64,000 nt of DNA from IMG/VR virus record IMGVR_UViG_2788500526_000003, positions 488-64,487 of that record; one strand, written 5' to 3'. Below are positions 7,854 to 17,033 of the stretch, piece after piece. Numbering within the stretch: position 1 is the first letter of the stretch; each line of letters begins with the position of its first letter. Below the pieces are notes generated by a model that worked only from the letters and a program-made list of their open reading frames with translations, did no database searches and was not told the origin of the DNA. The stretch is from a virus. Made by a program: the position numbers and the translations under genes.

Positions 7854-8120
7854 TTAAGCAGCCTCCGCCAGCTCTACCGGCGTGCAGCAAGCCACGGCGC
7901 CGCTGGTCTGGAAAACTTCGAACGTCTCGCCGGGGCACAGGGCAGCGAGACGTGTCGCTTCTGCCACGGCCTGCTCAAACGAGCCGTGTTCGTATGGCAT
8001 GGTGGTGTAAACACCAACGCGGCCAGTCTTCTTGCCGCGGCGGAATACAAAGAATCCGCCGCCGATGATTTCATTCAGGCGAGGCTTCGAGCTTCTTCTT
8101 CTTGGTGCTGTTGCAGTCAT
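7854..8120 (-). CDS. Hypothetical protein, first gene of the early-left operon
   Basis: AACACGAGGAG RBS at 8129-8139. Confidence 0.7.
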   Translation of the reverse strand: MTATAPRRRSSKPRLNEIIGGGFFVFRRGKKTGRVGVYTTMPYEHGSFEQAVAEATRLAALCPGETFEVFQTSGAVACCTPVELAEAA

Positions 8121-8197
8121 GTGGGTTTCTCCTCGTGTTTTGATCGGTGGGTCAGCAGATCAAGCTGGTGAGGCTGTCTTCGTGCTGTGGTGTCATC

Positions 8198-8227
8198 GTT
8201 ATATGCGAATAAGTCAACAAATGTCAA
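8198..8227 (-). promoter_or_regulatory. Candidate leftward sigma70 promoter (PL-like)
   Basis: Minus-strand TTGACA (8222-8227), 18 nt, TATAAC (8198-8203). Confidence 0.55.
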
Positions 8228-8285
8228 CGCCATACGATGACAAAAACGCATCATGAAAAATGATATGGTTTATTAACTGTAAATT

Positions 8286-8300
8286 GTTCTTGAAATGTTC
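8286..8300 (+). promoter_or_regulatory. Alphaproteobacterial LexA (SOS) box
   Basis: Exact GTTC-N7-GTTC (GTTCTTGAAATGTTC) upstream of the gene at 8343. Confidence 0.65.
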
Positions 8301-8342
8301 CACAGCAAGTGGAATCCTTAATCTCGTACTAAGGAGAGGCGG

Positions 8343-8567
8343 ATGGCTGCGTTATTTGTCGTTCAATCCTTCACCGAGTGCCGGTGGGGAATCATTCCTG
8401 ACAACCCGATCGAAGTTGAAAACGAAGATCAGGCGGTGAGGCTGGCGGAAAGACTCGCGCCAATAAAGCCCGCAGTCATTGCGGTCTATCGATGGAATAA
8501 TCAGGCTGAAGTGATCGCGATGTTCGGACGCGTGCCGGAGACCGTCCTGGAAGCCGCAAATGGCTAA
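8343..8567 (+). CDS. Small hypothetical protein, putatively SOS-regulated
   Basis: AGGAGAGG RBS; stop abuts the cI stop. Confidence 0.7.
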   Translation: MAALFVVQSFTECRWGIIPDNPIEVENEDQAVRLAERLAPIKPAVIAVYRWNNQAEVIAMFGRVPETVLEAANG

Positions 8568-9257
8568 TCAACGCGTGTTGTATTTTCCAACAACGCGATG
8601 GCAAACCGGCCAGTCAGCACGAAACTCTTTGAATTCTTTGTGCGGATTGTACTGCTCAAGCATCCATTCGCGATCGTTGTATCCAACGAGTCGCTTAATG
8701 ATCGCTTCGTTCTCGTCCATTTCGCTGGTGTGATAAAGGATCACATCTTCGTCGCGCATTGGCGGCAGATTGGGGTTTACGAGAGCCGTTTCGCCGGGGC
8801 GATAGGCCGGAACCATGGATTCTCCCGAGAGAAGCAGGCCGTACCCACCTTTAACGCCCTGCAGCACGGCAGGCATCTTCATGTAGCTGATGGGGTCGAA
8901 CGTAATAATTACGTGCCCATCACCGCCCTTGGCGGCTGCATAGACGGGGAGGTCGCGTTGGTCGCCTACCAGTTCATTGCCAGGAATGATCTTTGGAGTG
9001 AACACGTCGGCAGGGCGTTCAAGTTCTGGCCGCTCTTCTTGGCTAATCATGTCGCCTTTTTCGAAAGCAAGCCAATCCTCACGCACGTTCAAGGCTTTTG
9101 CCAGGCGAGCGACGAAGTCGACGCTAGCTCCGCGCTTACCGCTTTCGAGCAAGCTTATTGCAGACTTGTCGCGACCAACAAGGTCGGCAAGTTCGGCTTG
9201 GCTCATGTCGCGCGCGGTACGCGCATTCTTAAGGCGAAAGGCGAAATCCTTATCCAT
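8568..9257 (-). CDS. cI: CI-like repressor (XRE HTH plus S24 peptidase)
   Basis: RLKNARTARDMSQAELADLVG...SAISLLESG HTH; GESMVP (Ser) and AIIKRL (Lys) dyad. Confidence 0.9.
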   Translation of the reverse strand: MDKDFAFRLKNARTARDMSQAELADLVGRDKSAISLLESGKRGASVDFVARLAKALNVREDWLAFEKGDMISQEERPELERPADVFTPKIIPGNELVGDQRDLPVYAAAKGGDGHVIITFDPISYMKMPAVLQGVKGGYGLLLSGESMVPAYRPGETALVNPNLPPMRDEDVILYHTSEMDENEAIIKRLVGYNDREWMLEQYNPHKEFKEFRADWPVCHRVVGKYNTR

Positions 9258-9301
9258 GATGGGGTTTTCGCATATTGTTGTGAAAATGTAACGTGCGATT
9301 A

Positions 9302-9342
9302 TGTCATCACGTGTTGACAAAGATGGGAATCTGTCATATCTA
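9302..9342 (+). promoter_or_regulatory. Candidate operator and rightward promoter
   Basis: Palindrome TGTCA-N8-TGACA (9302-9319) overlaps TTGACA; further TGTCAT half-sites at 9331 and 8191. Confidence 0.5.
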
Positions 9343-9776
9343 TGCGTCATCAACCGACGCATAAGACGTCGGACAGTTCGAAGGAGGGTCTACCTCATGA
9401 TGCCAGAAAACATCCTCCCAAGGATATCGGCACTCAACAGATAGCAGCCGCGCCAAGGCGCAATCGTAATAGAGGAGAGAGCAAATGACGAAAGTTGCCG
9501 ACAGAAGCGAACCGGCTCTCGTTGAAGTGCCGCCATAGAATTCATCAGGGACGCTGGCCGCTGAAACGCGGCTGGCGCTTTCGGCGTGCTTTAAAAGCAG
9601 GCTGTTATGGGTCGGCACCACCCGTTACCCCAGCCTGCCCGTACGTCGCGGTTAACACGAGGAGGGCCGAAGCCGCTTCTACGCCGCGATTTCCTTCGCA
9701 GGTACCACCCCGCGCGACCTGACAGATGCCGTTAGACGCGGCACTTGTCAACCGTCACCAACCGACACGAGGAGAC

Positions 9777-10061
9777 ATGCAGCATTCAACAAGACACGAA
9801 CTGCAGGCAACTGCCGCCGCGCACCGTAAACAAGGCGCATCATTCGGAAGGATCGCGGAATTGATGGGCATTACCAGAGGCCACGCCTGGTCGCTGCTTT
9901 CGGAAAGATCGCCCACGCTACCGGCGCCAGAGCCAACAGAGAAGACCGTTGTGCGGCGCACAACTTTTAACGGCGGTTATTCGGGAGGATGCATGGACAT
10001 TTATGTCTCGTTGCCCCGCATAACCATTCTGGACGGGCCTTTTACTGGCACAGTCCACTAG
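9777..10061 (+). CDS. HTH protein (GcrA-like N-terminus)
   Basis: GASFGRIAELMGITRGHAWSLL helix-turn-helix. Confidence 0.6.
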   Translation: MQHSTRHELQATAAAHRKQGASFGRIAELMGITRGHAWSLLSERSPTLPAPEPTEKTVVRRTTFNGGYSGGCMDIYVSLPRITILDGPFTGTVH

Positions 10062-10294
10062 CCTTACGAGGCAGGCCGACCGCAGAGAGACGGGGCCGAC
10101 GACTAACCTCCCAACGAGGAGGCAATCTTGAAAACGAAATATACGCGAACTGGCGAGCGGGACATGACAAATCGCAAGCCTTACCGGACAGCTGCGCAAA
10201 AAGCAGAGGCGCGTGCTTCGGCACGTCTCGTTGACGGCCGTTACGTTTCCAACGCGCCTGTCACTTACCACCGCGCACCGAAAAGAGGTGCCGC

Positions 10295-10597
10295 ATGACC
10301 TGCGATTGCGGTGAATGCTGGGATTTGCCCGGCGAGATAGTCGTCCACAAGCTGTGGAAATGGAAGGGCATCATTATCGAGGAGCGCGACAGCTTTCGTT
10401 GGCTGACTGTGCGTTTCATGATTCCCGGCACGGGCCTTGTGCAACTTGAGGTCTCGCGCTTCGAAGTCGAGCCCGATTTTGAAGAGGACGACGGCGGCGT
10501 CGAGGTCGACAAGCCTGAAGAGGACAACGTCATTCCGGTCGATTTCACCAAGAAAGTGAAGCTTACGAAAAACACCAAGACGAGGGGGGTAGCGTGA
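10295..10597 (+). CDS. Hypothetical protein
   Basis: GAGG RBS; 100 aa; coupled to the next gene. Confidence 0.65.
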   Translation: MTCDCGECWDLPGEIVVHKLWKWKGIIIEERDSFRWLTVRFMIPGTGLVQLEVSRFEVEPDFEEDDGGVEVDKPEEDNVIPVDFTKKVKLTKNTKTRGVA

Positions 10598-11406
10598 TGG
10601 CTGACAAGCAAACAGTAAAGGTTGGCGATAGAATTACGGCCAAATTGGATGATTCCTACAAGGACTACAGGGCCGGTGATACTTTTTATGTCCAAGAGAT
10701 TGATGAACAAAATGGTGAGACGATTGTCGTCTTCACAGACAATGTTGGCGATAAACGCTATCGCCGCGTGGGCGAATTCACCGTGGAGCACGTGCCCGTT
10801 GCTGTCGCAACCGGCAAGCCTGTGTTCAAGGTCGGTGATCGGGTTGTTGCACTGAAAGACAGCGCCTACAGTATCAAGAAGGGAAGCATTTCCACCGTGG
10901 TCCGGGTGAATGGGGATCATATTAGCATCCGTAAAGAGAACGGCGAGGCCGATGGCTGGCTTGCCGAGTATTTCGCTCTAGCACCATCCTTCACCATCGA
11001 AGCCGGCAAATTCTATCGTACCCGCGATGGGCGCAAGGTTGGGCCGATGGGGGCTTGGTACGATGACGGCTCCTGTTTCAATTCTACCGACTATCTTAAT
11101 GGCGGTCTTTGGAAGCCGAATGGCGAGGCGTACTTTTCGAAGGCCAAAGACAGCCCGACGCTCATCGCCGAATGGGTCGACGAGCCAGCCAGCAATGACA
11201 ATTTGCCTTCGACCACACCCGCAATCGTCGCCTTGATCGAAGGCGGCCAGCCCAAGCCGTCAGAGCAGCCGAAGGTTCATAAAAGCGAACAGGCCGCCAC
11301 TGACGAAGCTGAACGGCTTGCCGTCAAATATCCGGGCCAGAAGTTCGGTGTGTTCGTTCTTGCTGACTCGCGGATTGCCGATGTCGTTATTCGGAGGGCA
11401 GCATGA
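10594..11406 (+). CDS. Hypothetical protein with repeated (F)KVGDR SH3/KOW-like modules
   Basis: VKVGDRI and FKVGDRV repeats. Confidence 0.7.
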   Translation: MMADKQTVKVGDRITAKLDDSYKDYRAGDTFYVQEIDEQNGETIVVFTDNVGDKRYRRVGEFTVEHVPVAVATGKPVFKVGDRVVALKDSAYSIKKGSISTVVRVNGDHISIRKENGEADGWLAEYFALAPSFTIEAGKFYRTRDGRKVGPMGAWYDDGSCFNSTDYLNGGLWKPNGEAYFSKAKDSPTLIAEWVDEPASNDNLPSTTPAIVALIEGGQPKPSEQPKVHKSEQAATDEAERLAVKYPGQKFGVFVLADSRIADVVIRRAA

Positions 11407-11579
11407 CCTCCACCACGTACAGCCGCACGCGCAACTATGCGCCCAAAGACTACGCGGATGGCGACACGTTCTATGAGCCCGAAACCACGCTTGGCCTTGG
11501 TGACCGCTTTCTATGGGGCTTGGCAGTCGTCGCCGCTCTAGCCTTGACCGTCGGCTTTTACGCATGGGTGCTGGTATGA
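11403..11579 (+). CDS. 58-aa membrane peptide (below the ORF-track cutoff)
   Basis: MTSTTYSR...FLWGLAVVAALALTVGFYAWVLV; ATGA overlaps at both ends. Confidence 0.6.
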   Translation: MTSTTYSRTRNYAPKDYADGDTFYEPETTLGLGDRFLWGLAVVAALALTVGFYAWVLV

Positions 11580-11773
11580 TCTCGTTCGCCACAAAAGCTA
11601 CGGCTGACATGCCGTTCATCGATCCCGGGCGAAAGCCCGGTGTCGGCCGCATCGGTCAGTCCTTGGCGCTTGCAGCGTTCGCGCTGGTAATCGCCACGAC
11701 AATTGCAGCGTTCCTGTTCTGGAACTTGCTGCTGCCGTTCTACGGGCTGCTTTACCTGTGGGGTGCGGCGTGA
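11576..11773 (+). CDS. 65-aa membrane peptide
   Basis: MISFATK...hydrophobic C-terminus; ATGA overlap. Confidence 0.6.
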   Translation: MISFATKATADMPFIDPGRKPGVGRIGQSLALAAFALVIATTIAAFLFWNLLLPFYGLLYLWGAA

Positions 11774-11880
11774 CCGCCCCACGCGCATGGCTGCTTACAA
11801 GCCCGCCTGCATGGCTTGTCGGCTGGCTCATACTCGCGGCCGTCATCGCCGCAATCGCCGTTACCCACCACACCTACTGA
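11770..11880 (+). CDS. 36-aa hydrophobic peptide
   Basis: GTGA overlap; LVGWLILAAVIAAIAV. Confidence 0.45.
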   Translation: MTAPRAWLLTSPPAWLVGWLILAAVIAAIAVTHHTY

Positions 11881-11894
11881 ATACGAGGAGACCT

Positions 11895-12680
11895 ATGGCT
11901 TTATCTCTTTCAAGCCTGAAGTCGACCAAGAGAAATGATCCGCCTGTAATCCTTCTCTATGGCGTCGATGGCATCGGCAAAACGTCGCTTGCGGCAGAGT
12001 TCCCAGACCCGATTTATCTAGCGACCGAAGGCGAGCGGCCGCCGTCCGACATCGAAATGGCAACCCCCGGCACGATTGAATCCTTCGACGACCTCCTGAA
12101 CGTCATCGGCGAACTGCTGACCGAAGAACATGATCGGCGCACCGTGATTATCGACAGCCTCGATGGGCTGGAACCGCTTGTCTGGCGTGCGACATGCGCG
12201 CGCTTGGGCGTGGCGAGTATTGAAGAGCCTGGGTTCGGCCGCGGGTATGTTGAGGCCGACACCGAATGGAATGAGCTGATGAGCGCAGTCTCGGCTCTGG
12301 CGAGGGCTGGAATATATGTAGTGATGCTTGCGCACCCTGAGATTGTCCGTTTTGACAGCCCTATCACTGATCCATATTCGAGATATTCGGTCAAACTACA
12401 TAAACGAGCAAACGCACTGGTTCGCGAGAAAGTCGATATCGTTGCGTTCTTGAACTACCGCGTTTCGATCAAAGAAAAAGAGGTCGCCCGTCAAACGAAG
12501 GTTGCTCATGCCGAAGGTGGCAAAGAGCGACAGATACACCTGAACGAAGGTGCGGGGTTCGTTGCGAAGAACCGGTTCAGCATGCCGGATACTGTTTCCT
12601 ACAAAAAGGGACAGGGTTTCGATGACTTGGCGCGGTACTGGTCTCTAGCCAATGACAATGGCCGGCAGGAGACTGCGTAA
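11895..12680 (+). CDS. Phage AAA ATPase (Sak4/AAA_24-like recombination protein)
   Basis: Walker A YGVDGIGKT, Walker B VIIDSLD; RBS at 11880-11890. Confidence 0.8.
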   Translation: MALSLSSLKSTKRNDPPVILLYGVDGIGKTSLAAEFPDPIYLATEGERPPSDIEMATPGTIESFDDLLNVIGELLTEEHDRRTVIIDSLDGLEPLVWRATCARLGVASIEEPGFGRGYVEADTEWNELMSAVSALARAGIYVVMLAHPEIVRFDSPITDPYSRYSVKLHKRANALVREKVDIVAFLNYRVSIKEKEVARQTKVAHAEGGKERQIHLNEGAGFVAKNRFSMPDTVSYKKGQGFDDLARYWSLANDNGRQETA

Positions 12681-12683
12681 AAA

Positions 12684-13481
12684 ATGGGCGAACGCGAGGT
12701 GCGGGTGAAAACCTGCACAGCATGCCGAGAGGTGAAGCCCGTCATTGAATTCAACCGCAACAAAAGCCGCAAGGATGGGCGCAGCAGCATCTGTAAGGTT
12801 TGCAAGCGCAAAACCGACGCCGCGTATAGAGCTAAGAATCCCAATAAGAACAAAGAAGACTACGCAAAGCGGATCGCAGAAAACCCAAACTATTGGGCGG
12901 AATGGTACGCATCCAACCGAGAAGATGCACTGGCCAGAGTATCCAAGTGGCAAAAAGAAAACCCAGAGAAGCGTAGGGAAATAAATAAGAAATTCCACGA
13001 AGACAATCCAGGTTACGGCAAAGAATGGGAGAGACGAAATCCAGATAAGGTGCTCGCAAAAAGGGCAAGGGCGTATGCCAAGAAGAAAAATTCGCCAGAG
13101 TGGAAAGTCGCGAATACCCTCAAGGTTGGAATATACAAAAGCCTGAAAGACCAGAAGGCCGGTCGGAAATGGGAATCTCTAGTTGGGTATACCGCCGATG
13201 AACTTATAGCTCATCTTGAGAAGTGTTTTCTGCCAGGAATGTCTTGGGGCAACTATGGAAACGATGGCTGGCACATAGACCACATTATCCCGCGATCGGT
13301 CTTTAACTATCAAACGCCTGACGACATCGACTTCCAGAAATGCTGGGCTCTGTCCAATTTGAGGCCCTTGTGGGCAGCGGACAATATCAGGAAGGGTGCA
13401 AAACTTGATGTGCCATTCCAGCCGTCGTTGGCGATACCAGCCAACGACAACACCAATCCTATGATGATAGGAAAAACCTAA
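12684..13481 (+). CDS. HNH endonuclease with an N-terminal zinc finger (homing-type)
   Basis: CTAC...CKVC; WHIDHIIP...NLRPLWAADNIRKG. Confidence 0.8.
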   Translation: MGEREVRVKTCTACREVKPVIEFNRNKSRKDGRSSICKVCKRKTDAAYRAKNPNKNKEDYAKRIAENPNYWAEWYASNREDALARVSKWQKENPEKRREINKKFHEDNPGYGKEWERRNPDKVLAKRARAYAKKKNSPEWKVANTLKVGIYKSLKDQKAGRKWESLVGYTADELIAHLEKCFLPGMSWGNYGNDGWHIDHIIPRSVFNYQTPDDIDFQKCWALSNLRPLWAADNIRKGAKLDVPFQPSLAIPANDNTNPMMIGKT

Positions 13482-13723
13482 TGGAAAAAGCTCTAGCTGG
13501 CCTTGTAGCCATCGCGGCCATCCTCTTCTTCGCTCCGCTCTTGGGTGTTCTCGGTGGCGCGTTCGTCGGCTGGGTCGTGGGCCTGTTTTTCGCAGAAACG
13601 ATCCATGCGTTCCTTGCCGCCGTTGGCATCAACGCGGCGGGCCTTGCGATGTGGCAGATCGGCGCTTCGCTTGGTTTCATCGGTGGATTCTTCCGCCCGG
13701 CTATTCATCGGGCGAAGGCGTGA
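13481..13723 (+). CDS. Small membrane protein
   Basis: Highly hydrophobic 80 aa; TAATG coupling. Confidence 0.6.
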   Translation: MEKALAGLVAIAAILFFAPLLGVLGGAFVGWVVGLFFAETIHAFLAAVGINAAGLAMWQIGASLGFIGGFFRPAIHRAKA

Positions 13724-13941
13724 CCTGGCTATCGCCCAAGGATCGCGCTGCGAACATTCCGAAGCGCTTCATCCGTGTAAGGCTCAAGTCATGGGATGCG
13801 GCCTATATGGTCTGTCGCGTCGAGATAATCGACGGTATGCCATCACTATGGCTGTCCGACGCCGACAATATGCAGGACTGGCGATATCCAGCCGACCTTG
13901 ACTGGATCGTCGAACATGAGCCGCCACAGTCGGCTCACTGA
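13720..13941 (+). CDS. Hypothetical protein
   Basis: GTGA-coupled start. Confidence 0.45.
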   Translation: MTWLSPKDRAANIPKRFIRVRLKSWDAAYMVCRVEIIDGMPSLWLSDADNMQDWRYPADLDWIVEHEPPQSAH

Positions 13942-13973
13942 ACCACACCACCAACAACACGAGGAATATATAG

Positions 13974-14510
13974 ATGGCATCACTAGGAAAAACCTACGTC
14001 GCTGGAGACGTAGATACCACACAGAGAGATTTTGAGGACCTTCCAGCCGGGATCATGCAGTTCGAAATCGAGGCAACCGATATTGTAGATACCGGCCCCG
14101 AAGATGCCCGTACTGGTTGCGGTCTCAAGTATACGGCAAACGTTATCGCGCCTGATGAGGTCAAAGGGCGCAAGTTCTTCGGATTTATCAATCTCGAAAA
14201 CAAAAATCCAACAGCGCAAGAGATCGGGCAGCGCGAATTTGGAGCCATGCGTCGTGCAATGGGGCTGGACGAAGTCAGCGATACCGAGGAGCTTCATTTC
14301 CGCTCCTATACCGTCAAGCTCGGCCTTGGCAAGCCTTCCAAGGATGGGAAATACCCGGCACGCATGGAAGTAAAGCGGTACTTTTTTGAAGACGAAGGCA
14401 ACGTCCCCCAGCCTTCGATCGACGCCAACCAGCCTGTAACGCAAGCCCGCCCAGCCAATGACAACCGACCGGCTGCGGCTGCGGCAGGCAAGAAGCGACC
14501 TTGGGGTTAA
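13974..14510 (+). CDS. DUF669-like putative ssDNA-binding protein
   Basis: DFEDLPAG...FFGFINLENKNPTAQEIGQREF; position after the AAA ATPase. Confidence 0.65.
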   Translation: MASLGKTYVAGDVDTTQRDFEDLPAGIMQFEIEATDIVDTGPEDARTGCGLKYTANVIAPDEVKGRKFFGFINLENKNPTAQEIGQREFGAMRRAMGLDEVSDTEELHFRSYTVKLGLGKPSKDGKYPARMEVKRYFFEDEGNVPQPSIDANQPVTQARPANDNRPAAAAAGKKRPWG

Positions 14511-14571
14511 GCTAACCAAACAGGCGCGGCTACCAACCGCGCCTTCTGCCACCGAACACGAGGAGACTTAG

Positions 14572-15609
14572 ATGAGAGTCAGTATTGACCGCTCACAGCT
14601 CGCGCACGCCTTGGCTACCGTCAACCGTGCCATCGAAAGCCGCAATTCCATCCCTATTCTCGCCAACGTGCTCTTGGGTGTCGAGGACGGCCAGTTGCGC
14701 CTCACAGGCACCGATCTGGATGTGGAGATAACGACCAGTCTCCCGGTGCTCGACTGCCAGCCGGGGAGCGTGACTGTTCCCGGCAAGATGCTTGCGGACA
14801 TCGCAAAGCGCGCGATGGGTGACGTTACCCTTGCCTTAGATGAAGGCCGCCTTACCGTCGCGTCGGGTCGCAGCCGTTATAAACTCGACGTCTTGCCCGC
14901 CGAAGACTTTCCGTCCTTCAGCGCAGGGAAGTTCGACACGATGCTGGAGCTTGATCTGGCAGCGCTTGTGGCGCCGTGCGTACATTGTATCTCGACGGAA
15001 GAAACCCGCTATTATCTCAATGGCGTCTATCTGCATGCTGTCGACGGTCGTTTGGTTGCGGTCGCAACTGACGGGCACCGGCTTATGCGCAATGTCGGAC
15101 CTGCTGGTGACTTGGACTACGGCGTGATCCTGCCGCGAAACCTCGTAGGATTACTGCCAAAAGGCACTGTTACGGTTGAACTGTCACAGAACAAGGTGCG
15201 CGTCACATCAGGATCAACGGTTATCACGTCCAAGCTGATTGACGGCACTTTTCCTGACTATGTGCGTGTCATTCCAACCGGTAACAGCAACGTGCTTAAC
15301 GTCGACCGGCAGGCGCTTATGAAGGCGGTCGAACGTGTCGCCGCTGTTGCGGACGACAAATCGCGAGCTGTGAAATTCGCCGTCAGCGATGTGCTGCGGC
15401 TTATGTTGGCTGACAAGGCTAGCGATGAGGTTTCGATTGAGTTCGAAGGCGAGCCATTGGAAATCGGCTTTAACGCCCGATACGTCAACGACATGCTTGG
15501 CGCGTTGGATGAACCGAATGTGCGCTTTGCGCTCGGTGATGCAGGCTCTCCTGCCGTCGTGAAAGGCGAGGGCGAGTGGACGGGCGTACTTATGCCGATG
15601 AGGGTGTAG
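14572..15609 (+). CDS. dnaN: DNA polymerase III beta sliding clamp, phage copy
   Basis: IPILANVLL, TGTDLDVEI, EETRYYLNGV, VATDGHRL, IDGTFPDY, IGFNARY, LMPMRV. Confidence 0.92.
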   Translation: MRVSIDRSQLAHALATVNRAIESRNSIPILANVLLGVEDGQLRLTGTDLDVEITTSLPVLDCQPGSVTVPGKMLADIAKRAMGDVTLALDEGRLTVASGRSRYKLDVLPAEDFPSFSAGKFDTMLELDLAALVAPCVHCISTEETRYYLNGVYLHAVDGRLVAVATDGHRLMRNVGPAGDLDYGVILPRNLVGLLPKGTVTVELSQNKVRVTSGSTVITSKLIDGTFPDYVRVIPTGNSNVLNVDRQALMKAVERVAAVADDKSRAVKFAVSDVLRLMLADKASDEVSIEFEGEPLEIGFNARYVNDMLGALDEPNVRFALGDAGSPAVVKGEGEWTGVLMPMRV

Positions 15610-15612
15610 GGG

Positions 15613-16545
15613 ATGGCACCCCTCCCAAAAGCAGAATCCAGCACGGTCCGCGCCATCTACGCGGCTTACGAGGCCCAGGCTAAGTCCTGGGACTCGTGGG
15701 GCATTAGTGTGGGCGAAGCTGGTACGGAATGCGACCGCGCGCTTTGGTTCGGTTTCCGCTGGGTCTCAGCGCACGAGGTTCATTCGGGCCGCCAGCTCCG
15801 ACTGTTCGCTACGGGGAATTTCGAGGAAGATCGCTTAGTCGCTGACCTCGAAAGCATTGGCGTCGACGTCTACGGACAGCAGGACAAAATCAGGCTGGCG
15901 TCTGGCTTTGTGCGCGGAAAGTGCGACGGCAAGGCGATGGGCGTTCCAGAAGCGCCAAAGACAGAGCACCTGCTGGAATTCAAGTCGAGCAATGAGAAGG
16001 GCATCAAGGAACTTCAGAAGCACGGCTGCCAAAAGGCCAAGCCCTTGCACTACGCCCAGTGCCAGCTCGGGATGCAGGCTTTCGGCCTGACGCGCTGCCT
16101 GTATCTGGCGTCGTGCAAGAACACCGACACGCTTTATGCCGAGCGCATCGAATACGACGTCGAATTCTGCCTTCGACTGTTGGCACGCTGCGAACGCATC
16201 GTGTTTTCAGACGAGCCGCCCAGCCGTATCAGCGAAGATCCAGAGTTCTTCGGCTGCATGTTCTGCAAGCACCGAGGCGTCTGCCACGAAGGCGTGCAGC
16301 CGCGCGTTAACTGCCGCACTTGCCTTCATGTTCAGCCAGAGCATGGCGGTGACTGCCACATGTCATGCGCACGCTGGAACAAGCCATTGTCGATCGACGA
16401 GCAGAGCGACGGCTGCCCGGCACACCTCTACCTGCCGGGGCTGATAAATGGCGAGCAGATCGATGCGGATGAGATTGCAGAGACCGTCACATATCGACTG
16501 GCGACGGGTGACATTTGGGTGGATGGTTACAAACCAAGTAGATGA
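15613..16545 (+). CDS. PD-(D/E)XK exonuclease (YqaJ/Cas4-like)
   Basis: GKCDG...LLEFKS...HYAQCQLGM; Cys clusters C-terminally. Confidence 0.75.
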   Translation: MAPLPKAESSTVRAIYAAYEAQAKSWDSWGISVGEAGTECDRALWFGFRWVSAHEVHSGRQLRLFATGNFEEDRLVADLESIGVDVYGQQDKIRLASGFVRGKCDGKAMGVPEAPKTEHLLEFKSSNEKGIKELQKHGCQKAKPLHYAQCQLGMQAFGLTRCLYLASCKNTDTLYAERIEYDVEFCLRLLARCERIVFSDEPPSRISEDPEFFGCMFCKHRGVCHEGVQPRVNCRTCLHVQPEHGGDCHMSCARWNKPLSIDEQSDGCPAHLYLPGLINGEQIDADEIAETVTYRLATGDIWVDGYKPSR

Positions 16546-17018
16546 ACATGTGAATCGAAAGCATCGGGGATATCAACGTCGTACTCTCCGAGACGTTCTA
16601 TCGCTGCTTCCCAGTCTTTCTTTTCAAAGCGATCAGGTAGTTCAAGTATGATGTACTCGCCAGTCAGTTCAGGAAAGCCAGACTCGACTAGAGTTTCAAA
16701 TCCAAAGGTTTCCCGTCCGTGTACCCATGAACGAAGTGTTTCCACCACCCCTTTGGATGCGACTTTTGCACGGGTTCTGCTAGCGCGTGTTTTGCGGCCG
16801 TTTCTTCGCGACAAAAGATCTTCGTATGCGGCGATCATTTCCCAAAATTTTCGTTCTAATGGGTCGTCATAATCTTTGCCTGCAAGCGAAAACAGCCGCT
16901 TCCTACAGCGGATTGCCAAATCCGTCTCACCTTGCCTTTCAGCATTGGTGAGTAAGACTCGAAGCTTAGATGGATCGTCCATCTGCTCAGGCTGCACAAC
17001 AATCTTGAATTTCGACAT
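16527..17018 (-). CDS. Hypothetical protein, antisense insertion
   Basis: Lower-GC 163-aa ORF between the exonuclease and helicase genes. Confidence 0.65.
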   Translation of the reverse strand: MSKFKIVVQPEQMDDPSKLRVLLTNAERQGETDLAIRCRKRLFSLAGKDYDDPLERKFWEMIAAYEDLLSRRNGRKTRASRTRAKVASKGVVETLRSWVHGRETFGFETLVESGFPELTGEYIILELPDRFEKKDWEAAIERLGEYDVDIPDAFDSHVHLLGL

Positions 17019-17033
17019 TAGGACGCCCCCCAA

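Noticed and set aside
10060-10077. 14/18 match to the U2 predicted target, and a 10-nt match of the U9 target in the IS at about 52330
   Set aside because: Matches of this quality are expected by chance for 12 guides over 128 kb of strand sequence; no full self-target was found by eye, and the search was not exhaustive.
15613-16545. Cas4 as a CRISPR adaptation gene or spacer-acquisition factor for the array
   Set aside because: Its context (AAA ATPase, SSB-like, clamp, helicase) is the usual phage recombination module; nothing links it to the array.
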